Assembly: GCA_036504755.1 (NCBI GenBank)
Contig: DASXUP010000009.1
Location: forward strand, 35,631-99,630
Direction of reading: 5' to 3'
Origin: Coriobacteriia bacterium
GTDB lineage: Bacteria > Actinomycetota > Coriobacteriia > Anaerosomatales > JAJZPX01
Length of the DNA stretch: 64,000 nucleotides
The notes beneath the pieces are model-generated. The model did no database searches, was not told where the DNA came from, and worked only from the letters and a program-made list of their open reading frames with translations. This document shows, one piece after another, positions 1-7,407 of this stretch (its first letter is position 1; every line of letters starts with the position of its first letter). A program made the translations under genes and the position numbers.

Positions 1-545
1 TGGACATAGTGGCCGATCGCCTGCAAAAGGTGCGTCTTACCCAGGCCGACACCACCATATATAAAGAGTGGGTTGTACGCGCGCGCCGGCGTCTCGGCCA
101 CCGCTTGCGCCGCAGCGAACGCGAAGCGGTTGCTCTCACCCTTGACGAAGCTGTCGAACGTGTACTTCGGGTTGAAGTCCCCCTCGGTCGCCTCTCGCAC
201 CCGCTTCTGCTCGACAGCGTCGAGATCGACGACGACGTTGTTGTCCGGCCCCGCCTGAGATCCTTCCACCGGGGCGAGAGGGGCCGGCCCCCCCCCATCT
301 CCTGGAACAGTGAAGGTGACGTCGAGCGGGCTCCCGGCGACCTGGGCGAGCGCCGACCGCAACAGGCCGGAGTATCGCGACTCGAGCCAGTCGCGAGCGA
401 AGTCGTTGTGCACCGAGACCACCAGCCGATCGTCGATCACACCGAGAGGCGCCGTGTGCTCGAACCACGTCTTGAACGTGGGTGTGTTCAGCTCCGACCG
501 CACGACCTCGAGGGTGTCGTTCCAGATCTGCTGGACGTCCTGCAT
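1..545 (-). CDS. dnaA: Chromosomal replication initiator DnaA, N-terminal part (gene continues beyond the left edge)
   Basis: Absent from the ORF track because it has no in-window stop. Reverse translation from ATG at 545 gives [31 protein letters not shown] (DnaA domain I). Near position 1 it gives [25 protein letters not shown] (AAA+ Walker A). AAGGAG lies 8 nt upstream of the ATG. Confidence 0.95.
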   Translation of the reverse strand, partial: MQDVQQIWNDTLEVVRSELNTPTFKTWFEHTAPLGVIDDRLVVSVHNDFARDWLESRYSGLLRSALAQVAGSPLDVTFTVPGDGGGPAPLAPVEGSQAGPDNNVVVDLDAVEQKRVREATEGDFNPKYTFDSFVKGESNRFAFAAAQAVAETPARAYNPLFIYGGVGLGKTHLLQAIGHYV

Positions 546-559
546 GTGCGCCACTCCTT

Positions 560-1375
560 CTACTTGAACATCTCATCGAGGAAAGCGACGCCGTCCTCGG
601 TCAATGCACGTTTGCCGGCACCGTCCGTGTCTATCAGCCCCGCGTCTTCGAGGAACGCGAGGTCGCGATAGGCCGTTGAGAGCGCGACCCGCAGTTCTTT
701 CGAGACCGCGGACGGCCCCACGGCGCCGAGTTCCATGACGAGCGAGAGCACCCGCTTCTGCCTCACGGACAGCCGAGTTGTGTGCGGCCGCTCCTCCTCG
801 GCCGGCAGAGGCTCCTTCACAGGATGCTCTCTGGGTGGAGGCTCGACGCTCAATGTCACGACCGTTCCTCGGCCGAGGTTGTCCTCCACGGCGATACTGC
901 CGTCGGAGAAGGACAGACACTCCTTGACGATTGGCAGCCCCGAACCGACTCCCCTTATGATCCGCTTCATCGAGGTGGTGGCTGTCGAGTATCCAGGCAG
1001 GAACGCCTTGTCCTTCTCGACGATCCCTGGGCCCTGGTCGGAGAAGCGGATCGTGTTCCCGTCATCCATCACCGTGACGATCACCTCGGAGAAGCGGGCG
1101 TGGATGAAGTTCTCGACTATCTCGCGGATCAGCGTGTACGGTATGCGCCCGCCCTGGTCGTGACCTATCTGGTACACCTTTGCGGACAAGGCCTCGATGA
1201 AGCCGGCGGGATCGCCCGCGGACACGTCCTCCACGCGCGGCGCCGCCACCAGCGAGTCGTACACGGCGATTCGGCCGAGGGGCTGGGAGGGTATCTGCAT
1301 CGGGAGCTCGGGAACGGGCTCGGTGCCGGGGGCACCGAAGTCGCCCGCATCTGCGTTCTCGAAGAAGCCCTTCAC
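560..1375 (-). CDS. GHKL-type ATP-binding protein (HATPase_c-like) with C-terminal winged-HTH-like domain
   Basis: ORF track 560..1423 (-). Motifs: [11 protein letters not shown] (N box), FSDQGPGI (G1), GVGSGLPIV (G2). The C-terminus [44 protein letters not shown] looks like a wHTH. Start placed at GTG 1375 (GGGAGG 6 nt upstream); ATG at 1423 or 1405 is also possible. The stop lies 14 nt before the dnaA ATG. Confidence 0.7.
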   Translation of the reverse strand: MKGFFENADAGDFGAPGTEPVPELPMQIPSQPLGRIAVYDSLVAAPRVEDVSAGDPAGFIEALSAKVYQIGHDQGGRIPYTLIREIVENFIHARFSEVIVTVMDDGNTIRFSDQGPGIVEKDKAFLPGYSTATTSMKRIIRGVGSGLPIVKECLSFSDGSIAVEDNLGRGTVVTLSVEPPPREHPVKEPLPAEEERPHTTRLSVRQKRVLSLVMELGAVGPSAVSKELRVALSTAYRDLAFLEDAGLIDTDGAGKRALTEDGVAFLDEMFK

Positions 1376-1423
1376 GAAGATCCCCCCTCCCGGAGTCCAC
1401 ATCATGCACAGACTTATCAACAC

Positions 1424-2088
1424 CCTCGCGCCCGCAAGCCTTCGCCAAACGCCTGCTGGAAGCCGTCTCCATCGGCCGAGTGGAAAGCCTCAGCCTCGAC
1501 CCTGAACGAATCTGACCTGCGGACTCCCGGATTATCCACAGCCCTTTCCACAACTGTGGATACATACGGCCGATTCCTCGGAAGAGAGGAAAGCGGCCCG
1601 CGCCGCGAAACACCTGTTCGACGTGCCGCGCCCTTCTTGGTCCGAGACCGCCCGTGTGGAAAAGCGGGAGAGGACCGATCGGCGAGGGCGAAGTACTGTG
1701 GAAAAGGACGGCCCCGTCGAAGAGGGGCCGCGAACGGTGAAAGCGATATGGCCCTTGAGCAGGGGGTTTTCAACGATTTCCGAGCCAAGCGCCGGGCTTC
1801 GAAGCAGGGCCGATTCTAGCATCAGCCCCCGACACCCACAATCGGCGCCGCGACTTATCCACAGTTTCGACAAACGTGCGTCCTGCGTTTTCCACACTAT
1901 CCACAATTTGCGGGACATTTTCTGAGTGGAGTACGGAAAGGGGAAGACAGGGACTGGAAAACGTTGAGAGGGGATCACACACAGGCATCATGGCGACTCC
2001 TGATTGACACCCCGAATGACCCGCCGATATAATCGCAAGGCTTATCTCCCGGCATGACTTAGCGGCTCCTGATTCGGAGGGCCTTGTA
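1424..2088. other. Candidate oriC: intergenic DnaA-box cluster between rpmH and the ATPase-dnaA unit
   Basis: Perfect TTATCCACA at 1532-1540 and 1855-1863. One-mismatch boxes: TGTGGATAc 1555-1563, TGTGGAaAA 1655-1663 and 1697-1705, TTtTCCACA 1888-1896, and the abutting cTATCCACA 1897-1905. A weaker box cTtTCCACA lies at 1544-1552. No convincing ORF in this region. Confidence 0.8.
2004..2033 (+). promoter_or_regulatory. Sigma-70-like promoter upstream of rpmH
   Basis: TTGACA (2004-2009), 18-nt spacer, TATAAT (2028-2033), about 55 nt upstream of the rpmH ATG. Confidence 0.5.
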
Positions 2089-2223
2089 ATGAAACGCACG
2101 TACCAGCCGAACAACCGCAGACGCAAGAAGACCCACGGCTTCCGCGAGAGGATGTCTACTCGTGGCGGACGCCGCGTTCTCGCCGCCCGGCGCCGTAAGG
2201 GCCGCGCGGTCCTATGTGCCTGA
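2089..2223 (+). CDS. rpmH: 50S ribosomal protein L34
   Basis: Below the ORF-track size cutoff. Manual translation: [44 protein letters not shown] followed by TGA. Canonical L34 sequence and canonical position before rnpA. Confidence 0.95.
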   Translation: MKRTYQPNNRRRKKTHGFRERMSTRGGRRVLAARRRKGRAVLCA

Positions 2224-2263
2224 CCGTCTTCCCGCTGTAAGTCGCAGGCGGAGGGGCCCGAGC

Positions 2264-2596
2264 GTGGAGACCGTCAAGTCGTCGCGCGAAATCGAACGTA
2301 TGTTCGCTGAGGGCAAGCGCGCGGCCCATCCCATCCTGATCGCTCTCGTTACTGAGACCCCGGACGAACGCGGCCATGACGGCCGCGTCGTGTTTATCGC
2401 GGGGAAGAAGCTGGGTGGTGCAGTCGTGAGGAACCGGGCAAAGCGCCTGCTGCGCGAGGCGGTCCGCCGGGTCGGCGGTCCGTGGAAGGCGCGCGACGTC
2501 GCCCTGCTCGCACGCCCCGCTCTCCTCGGCGGAACGCCCGAGGAGATAGACGCGGCGCTGAGTTCCGTGCTCGAGCGATCGGGAGTGGAACGATGA
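2264..2596 (+). CDS. rnpA: Ribonuclease P protein component
   Basis: Frame of ORF 2162..2596. GTG 2264 has GGAGGGG 7 nt upstream. Sequence [15 protein letters not shown]...[20 protein letters not shown] is typical of RnpA. Synteny rpmH-rnpA-yidD-yidC. Confidence 0.85.
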   Translation: METVKSSREIERMFAEGKRAAHPILIALVTETPDERGHDGRVVFIAGKKLGGAVVRNRAKRLLREAVRRVGGPWKARDVALLARPALLGGTPEEIDAALSSVLERSGVER

Positions 2597-2802
2597 GAAC
2601 CGTCGTCAGTCTGCTCATCAGGGCGTACCAAGTCCTGCTCTCCCCTTTGCTCCCGCCCTCGTGCCGCTTCACCCCCACGTGCTCCAACTACGCGCTGCAG
2701 GCGGTCGATCGCTACGGCGTGCTGAAGGGCGGATGGCTGGCGGTCAGGAGGATCGGCAGGTGCCACCCATGGAACCCTGGCGGGTACGATCCCGTCCCTT
2801 GA
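2593..2802 (+). CDS. yidD: Membrane protein insertion efficiency factor YidD
   Basis: Frame of ORF 2482..2802 from ATG 2593: [69 protein letters not shown]. Conserved CRFxPTCSxY and RCHP motifs. 4-nt overlap with rnpA. Confidence 0.9.
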   Translation: MRTVVSLLIRAYQVLLSPLLPPSCRFTPTCSNYALQAVDRYGVLKGGWLAVRRIGRCHPWNPGGYDPVP

Positions 2803-2859
2803 TCCGACTATCCAGGCTGCGGCTAGACCGGAGCCCGTTGAGCTAGGAGGTACGATCAG

Positions 2860-3612
2860 GTGCAAGCGTGGACACAACTCTGGGCGACAGTCTACATCGC
2901 TGTTCTGCAGCTCCTGAACTGGTTCCACAGTTGGATCGGCGACTACGGCGTCGCGATCATCGTCCTGACCGCGGTCATGCGTATCGTGATGATCCCCCTG
3001 ACCGTCAAGCAGACGAAGTCGATGCAGGAGATGCAGGAGATTCAGCCCAAGATCAAAGCACTGCAGGAGAAGTACAAGAACAACAAGGAGAAGCTGAACG
3101 AAGAGACCATGAAGTTCTATCAGGAGAACAAGGTGAACCCGTTCGGCGGTTGCCTTCCCCTTCTGATCCAAATGCCGGTCTTCATCGCGCTGTTCCGCGT
3201 TCTGGGAACGCCTCCGGCGAAAGAGGCCGCGCCGTGGTCCCTCATCAACTACATCAAGACGCTCCCCGGCGGTGCCCAGCAGGCCGCGAAACACTTCCTC
3301 TTCCTCATCAGCGACATCACGAAGTCGCCGCAGGCGGTGTTCGCCGGCAAGCCGTTCCTCGAGGCGCTCCTCCCCGCCCTCCCCTATCTTGCGCTCGTCG
3401 CGCTCTTCGGCATCAGCGTGTGGCTGCCCCAGTACATGCTCACGAAGGACCCACAGCAGCGGAAGATGGGGTCCTACATGGCGCTGTTCATGCTCTACAT
3501 CGGCTGGATCTCCCCCGCCGGTGTCCTCATCTACTGGGTAACCTCCAGCGCATGGCAAGTCGCGCAGCAGTGGCTGATCATGCGCCGGTACGGACAAGGG
3601 AGTGCTGCGTAG
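2860..3612 (+). CDS. yidC: Membrane protein insertase YidC/Oxa1 family (short Gram-positive type)
   Basis: ORF track 2860..3612. Sequence VMIPLTVKQTKSMQEMQEIQPKIKALQEKYK...NPFGGCLPLLIQMPVFIALF is a YidC hallmark. AGGAGG upstream of the GTG start. Confidence 0.9.
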   Translation: MQAWTQLWATVYIAVLQLLNWFHSWIGDYGVAIIVLTAVMRIVMIPLTVKQTKSMQEMQEIQPKIKALQEKYKNNKEKLNEETMKFYQENKVNPFGGCLPLLIQMPVFIALFRVLGTPPAKEAAPWSLINYIKTLPGGAQQAAKHFLFLISDITKSPQAVFAGKPFLEALLPALPYLALVALFGISVWLPQYMLTKDPQQRKMGSYMALFMLYIGWISPAGVLIYWVTSSAWQVAQQWLIMRRYGQGSAA

Positions 3613-4347
3613 ATGGAACGCGAGATGGTCAAAGAGGCCCCTACGGTAGAAGAAGCACTGGACGCCGCCCTCGATGAGATGGGCGTTCAGCAGGACGCCG
3701 TGGAATACGAGGTTCTCGAGGAGCCGGGCAAGAGGCTTTTCGGAGCGGGGAAGCCGGCGCGCGTGCGAGTGTGGCTCAAGGCGTCGTTCGTGAAGGAGCT
3801 CGAGCGCGAGCGCCAAGACGTGGACGAAGTGGAGGAGCACCTGCCGGCTCCTCACGTGCCTGCGCCGCCGGTGACGCTCTCGGACGAGGAGTTCGATCGC
3901 GTGGCGGACGCGGCAGTATCCGTCATACAGCAGATCCTTGACGCTTTCGGGATCGAATCCAGCATCGACGAGTACGAGGGCGATGAGGGTGAGGTCATCC
4001 TCGACATCGTGGGCGGCGAGCTCGGCATCCTGATAGGCCGACACGGGAAATCGCTCGAGGCGCTGCAAACGCTGGTCTCGGCGATAACGAATAAGAAGCT
4101 CGGCCAGCGGTACGCCGTACTGGTCGACGTCGAAGGGTATCGCGCGCGCCGGCGGGTCAAGCTGGAGGAGATGGCGCGGCAAGCCGCGGATCGAGCGAGC
4201 CGGCAGAAGCGCAGCATCAAATTGCGACCGATGAGCGCCTACGAGCGCAAAGTGGTGCACGTCGCGCTCCGTAACGATCGGCGCGTAGAGACGGCGAGCG
4301 AAGGCGAGGAGCCGTTCCGCCAGGTGGTAGTCACCCCGAAGCGGTAG
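3613..4347 (+). CDS. jag: RNA-binding protein Jag/KhpB (Jag_N + KH + R3H)
   Basis: ORF track 3613..4347. N-terminal VEEALDAALDEMGV, KH-like GRHGKSLEALQTL, and a C-terminal R3H-like segment ERKVVHVALRNDRRVETASEGEEPFRQVVV. Positioned directly after yidC. Confidence 0.85.
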   Translation: MEREMVKEAPTVEEALDAALDEMGVQQDAVEYEVLEEPGKRLFGAGKPARVRVWLKASFVKELERERQDVDEVEEHLPAPHVPAPPVTLSDEEFDRVADAAVSVIQQILDAFGIESSIDEYEGDEGEVILDIVGGELGILIGRHGKSLEALQTLVSAITNKKLGQRYAVLVDVEGYRARRRVKLEEMARQAADRASRQKRSIKLRPMSAYERKVVHVALRNDRRVETASEGEEPFRQVVVTPKR

Positions 4348-4371
4348 TCGGCACAAGAGACCGGGATCGAG

Positions 4372-4398
4372 GGGGCGGCCGGGCAGGCCGCCCCTTTG
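4372..4398 (+). terminator. Intrinsic terminator after jag
   Basis: GGGGCGGCC-gggca-GGCCGCCCC, a 9-bp GC stem, followed by TTTGCTG. Confidence 0.6.
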
Positions 4399-4522
4399 CT
4401 GTCTCGAGGGAAGGTCGAGGTTTCCGCGGTTCCTGTCGCAACCGCGCGAAGCGAGGGTTCTGGTCAGCTTCCAGCCGCCTCCGCGCAGAGTGCGCACCTG
4501 CAGTGGTAGCGAGCCGGACTGA

Positions 4523-4538
4523 TGTTTCACGTGAAACA
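4523..4538. promoter_or_regulatory. parS: parS centromere-like site (perfect)
   Basis: TGTTTCACGTGAAACA matches the 16-bp parS consensus exactly. It lies within an 18-bp perfect palindrome (4522-4539). Confidence 0.85.
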
Positions 4539-4559
4539 TGAGACTCCGGGAAGCGAGGA

Positions 4560-4575
4560 GGTTTCACGTGAAACA
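4560..4575. promoter_or_regulatory. parS: parS centromere-like site (one mismatch)
   Basis: gGTTTCACGTGAAACA, 21 nt downstream of the first site and about 45 nt upstream of rsmG-parA-parB. Confidence 0.75.
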
Positions 4576-4618
4576 TCCCGCCGCGGCGATGTAGTATCGT
4601 CAGCGACGGGAGGCCTCG

Positions 4619-5323
4619 ATGCTTCGAGAGCACATCATGGTTGCGCTGGAGTCGCTCGGTCTTTCGGCCGACGAGCCGGTGCTCGACGCGCTCGTGCTGC
4701 ACGCGGGGATGATGCTCGCGACCAACGCGATACACAACCTTACCCGCATCACCGACGAAGAAGATGTCGCGCTTCTGCACGTGGCAGACTCGCTGACCGC
4801 GCTCCCCTACCTCGTGGCGGCGCCGGAAGGATCCTTTGCCGACATCGGGTCAGGTGCCGGGTACCCCGGGATCCCGCTCGCTCTGCTGTCCGCGCGGCAC
4901 GCGGTCCTCGTGGAGTCGAGGGCGAAGAAGGCCGCGTTCCTCCAGGAGGCCGTAGACGTCCTCGGGATCGACGCGGAGGTTCGTATGTCGCGCGCGGAAG
5001 AGTTGGCCGAGAGCCAAGCCGGAGCGTTCGGGGCCGTGACCGCGCGGGCGCTCGCCACTCTCCCCTCGCTGGTCGAGCTCGCGGCGCCGCTTCTGGTGGT
5101 CGGAGGCACGCTGATCGCGCTAAAGGGAGAGCCTGGGGCCGAAGAGTACGCGTCCGGCGACGCCGTGGCGCGAATCGTCGGATTGAAGCGGACTTCGACC
5201 GACCCCGTCACCATCCCCGGTGTGGATCTTCAGCGGACCATCGTCTGCTATCGGCGTGAGCGAGAGTCCCGCATCGCCCTGCCTCGCCGGCCGGGCATGG
5301 CGCAGAAGAAGCCGTTGGCTTGA
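4619..5323 (+). CDS. rsmG: 16S rRNA (guanine527-N7)-methyltransferase RsmG (GidB)
   Basis: ORF track 4619..5323. SAM motif FADIGSGAGYPGIPLAL. Synteny before parA-parB. Confidence 0.9.
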   Translation: MLREHIMVALESLGLSADEPVLDALVLHAGMMLATNAIHNLTRITDEEDVALLHVADSLTALPYLVAAPEGSFADIGSGAGYPGIPLALLSARHAVLVESRAKKAAFLQEAVDVLGIDAEVRMSRAEELAESQAGAFGAVTARALATLPSLVELAAPLLVVGGTLIALKGEPGAEEYASGDAVARIVGLKRTSTDPVTIPGVDLQRTIVCYRRERESRIALPRRPGMAQKKPLA

Positions 5324-5399
5324 CCGGCTGACGGCTTCCCCTGGCTTCGGGGCTCTTCTATACTGGCCGATAGTCCGTTCGTCGGAGGAAGGGGGCTTG

Positions 5400-6194
5400 G
5401 TGGGCGACGAGGGCAACGCGCCTGCGAAGCGGCCGGTACACGTCTTCGCGATCGTCAACCAGAAGGGCGGGGTGGGGAAGAGCACCACCTCCGTCAACCT
5501 CGCGGCGTGTCTTGGGGACCTGGGCAAAGACGTGCTGCTGATCGACCTCGACCCGCAAGGGAATGCGACGTCGGGCTTCGGTCTGAACAAGAACCAGCGC
5601 GAACTCTGCATCTACAACGCCCTCCTCGAGGGCGTGCCCCTGGCCGAGATCATCGAGCCGGTCGGTGTCGAACACGTGTTCGCGGTCCCGGCAACGATCC
5701 AGCTTGCGGGCGCCGAGATCGAGCTCGTGTCTGCGATGAGCAGAGAGTCGAAGCTGAAGACGGTGGTCGAGCCCGTCAAGAAGGACTTCGATTACGTCAT
5801 CATCGACTGTCCGCCGTCCCTCGGCTTGCTCACGATCAACGCCCTCACCGCCGCCGATGCGCTGCTGATCCCGATCCAGTGCGAGTACTACGCGCTCGAG
5901 GGACTCTCGAAGCTCCTCGACAGCGTGCGGCTCGTGAAGACGCACCTCAATCCCGCGCTCGAGATCTTCGGCGTGGCGATGACGATGTACGATTCGCGGA
6001 CTCGGCTCGCACAGCAGGTGGTCGACGAGGTACGGGATTTCTTCGAGGACAAGGTGTTCGAAACGCTGATCCCACGCACGGTCCGTCTGTCCGAGGCACC
6101 CAGTTTCGGTCAGCCGGTCACACTCTACGATCCGATGGGGAAGGGCGCCGATGCTTACCGCAGTCTGGCGAAGGAGGTCATAGACCGTGAGTAA
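5400..6194 (+). CDS. parA: Chromosome partitioning ATPase ParA/Soj
   Basis: Frame of ORF 5220..6194. Start GTG 5400 (or TTG 5397) after GGAGGAAGGGGG. Deviant Walker A NQKGGVGKSTTSVNLAA. DLDPQGNAT motif. Confidence 0.9.
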   Translation: MGDEGNAPAKRPVHVFAIVNQKGGVGKSTTSVNLAACLGDLGKDVLLIDLDPQGNATSGFGLNKNQRELCIYNALLEGVPLAEIIEPVGVEHVFAVPATIQLAGAEIELVSAMSRESKLKTVVEPVKKDFDYVIIDCPPSLGLLTINALTAADALLIPIQCEYYALEGLSKLLDSVRLVKTHLNPALEIFGVAMTMYDSRTRLAQQVVDEVRDFFEDKVFETLIPRTVRLSEAPSFGQPVTLYDPMGKGADAYRSLAKEVIDRE

Positions 6195-7059
6195 CAAGCG
6201 GGGTCTCGGCAGGGGACTCTCGGCGCTGATACCGAGTGCCGCGTCGCAGGATGCCGGGCTCGAGCATCAGCATGAGTTGCCGGTGGACATAATCCACCCA
6301 AACCCGAACCAGCCGCGGACGGAGATGGATGACGAGCGGATCGATGAGCTCGCCGACTCGATCCAAAAGGTCGGCGTGCTCCAGCCGGTCGTGGTTCGTC
6401 CATACGGGGAGGGGTATCAGATCATCGCCGGCGAGCGCCGGTGGCGCGCGGCGAAGGCCGCCGGTCTCGAGACGGTCCCGGTGCGCGTGATGATCGCCAA
6501 CGAGACGGAATCGCTCGAGCTGGCGCTGATCGAGAACCTCCAGCGCCAGGACCTGAATCCCATCGAAGAAGCGCGCGGCTTTCGGAGACTGCTGACCGAA
6601 TACCAGATGACGCAGGCCGAGCTTGCGGACAAGGTGTCGAAGTCACGCTCGGCGATCACCAACACTCTCCGGCTGCTGGACCTCCCCGACGAGATCCAAG
6701 ACATGATCTGCTCGGGCAAGCTCACCGCGGGACACTCCCGCGCCGTGCTTTCCGTCGCCGACGAGGCCCTGCGGCTCAAGCTCGCGCACAAGGTCGTCGA
6801 CGACGGACTGTCGGTGCGAGACGCCGAGAACGTCGCACGTCTGTTCTCGGCAGGACAGATCGAGAGGACGCCGCGGCCCTCCGCTCCAAAGTCGTTCAAG
6901 ATAATCGCGCGCAAACTTCGCCGGATGCTAGGCACGAACGTGCGCGTGCGCCTGACCCCCAAGAAGGGGCGCATCGAGATCGACTTCGCCGGCGAGGAGG
7001 AGCTGGCTCGCATCTTCTCGCTGCTCACGGAAGCGCCCGATGGGAGTGATGCGCGGTGA
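6187..7059 (+). CDS. parB: Chromosome partitioning protein ParB/Spo0J
   Basis: ORF track 6187..7059. Motifs RGLGRGLSALI, GERRWRAAKAAGL (ParB box), and an HTH segment QAELADKVSKSRSAITNTLRLL. Confidence 0.9.
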   Translation: MSNKRGLGRGLSALIPSAASQDAGLEHQHELPVDIIHPNPNQPRTEMDDERIDELADSIQKVGVLQPVVVRPYGEGYQIIAGERRWRAAKAAGLETVPVRVMIANETESLELALIENLQRQDLNPIEEARGFRRLLTEYQMTQAELADKVSKSRSAITNTLRLLDLPDEIQDMICSGKLTAGHSRAVLSVADEALRLKLAHKVVDDGLSVRDAENVARLFSAGQIERTPRPSAPKSFKIIARKLRRMLGTNVRVRLTPKKGRIEIDFAGEEELARIFSLLTEAPDGSDAR

Positions 7060-7352
7060 GGCGGAACACGTCGTACCTGATAATCGGCCTGATCGTCGGC
7101 GCGACGTTCGGGTTCGTCGCGGGTCTTCTCTGGGCGCCGCGAAGCGGAGCCCAGACACGCCGTCGTCTCGCAGGTGAGGCGAGGAGAGTGGCCGAGACCG
7201 CCCGCTCCGTCGCGGAGCGTGCCGAGGCGGCCGCCGAGATCCTCGGGGAGAGAGTGGACCGCTACCTCGGCAGGGACGAAGAGGTCGCGTGGCGCAAGGT
7301 CCGTCAGATCCGCGAGGGTGTCGAGCGCTACACGCAGACCCAGGTCCCGTAG
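7056..7352 (+). CDS. YtxH-like small membrane-anchored protein
   Basis: ORF track 7056..7352. N-terminal TM helix plus the YtxH signature LLWAPRSGAQTRRRL. GTGA overlap with parB. Confidence 0.6.
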   Translation: MRRNTSYLIIGLIVGATFGFVAGLLWAPRSGAQTRRRLAGEARRVAETARSVAERAEAAAEILGERVDRYLGRDEEVAWRKVRQIREGVERYTQTQVP

Positions 7353-7407
7353 GTCCCATGTCGGTGCGGCATGCTAGCGTCTCCCTGTCCGAAGGGAGGG
7401 GAGAGGC

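Noticed and set aside
9-671. A 220-aa plus-strand ORF at the left edge.
   Set aside because: It is antisense to dnaA. The minus-strand translation gives the DnaA N-terminal domain and the Walker A motif.
2212-4539. A 775-aa minus-strand ORF. Similar very long ORFs include 11793-14372 (-), 17330-19957 (-), 56176-58428 (-), 39731-41365 (-) and 21642-23372 (+).
   Set aside because: They run antisense or out of frame to genes with unmistakable conserved motifs (yidC/jag, addA, histidine kinase, M28 peptidase, P-type ATPase). Their translations are Arg/Pro/Gly/Ala-rich low complexity, as expected from stop-codon depletion in very GC-rich DNA.
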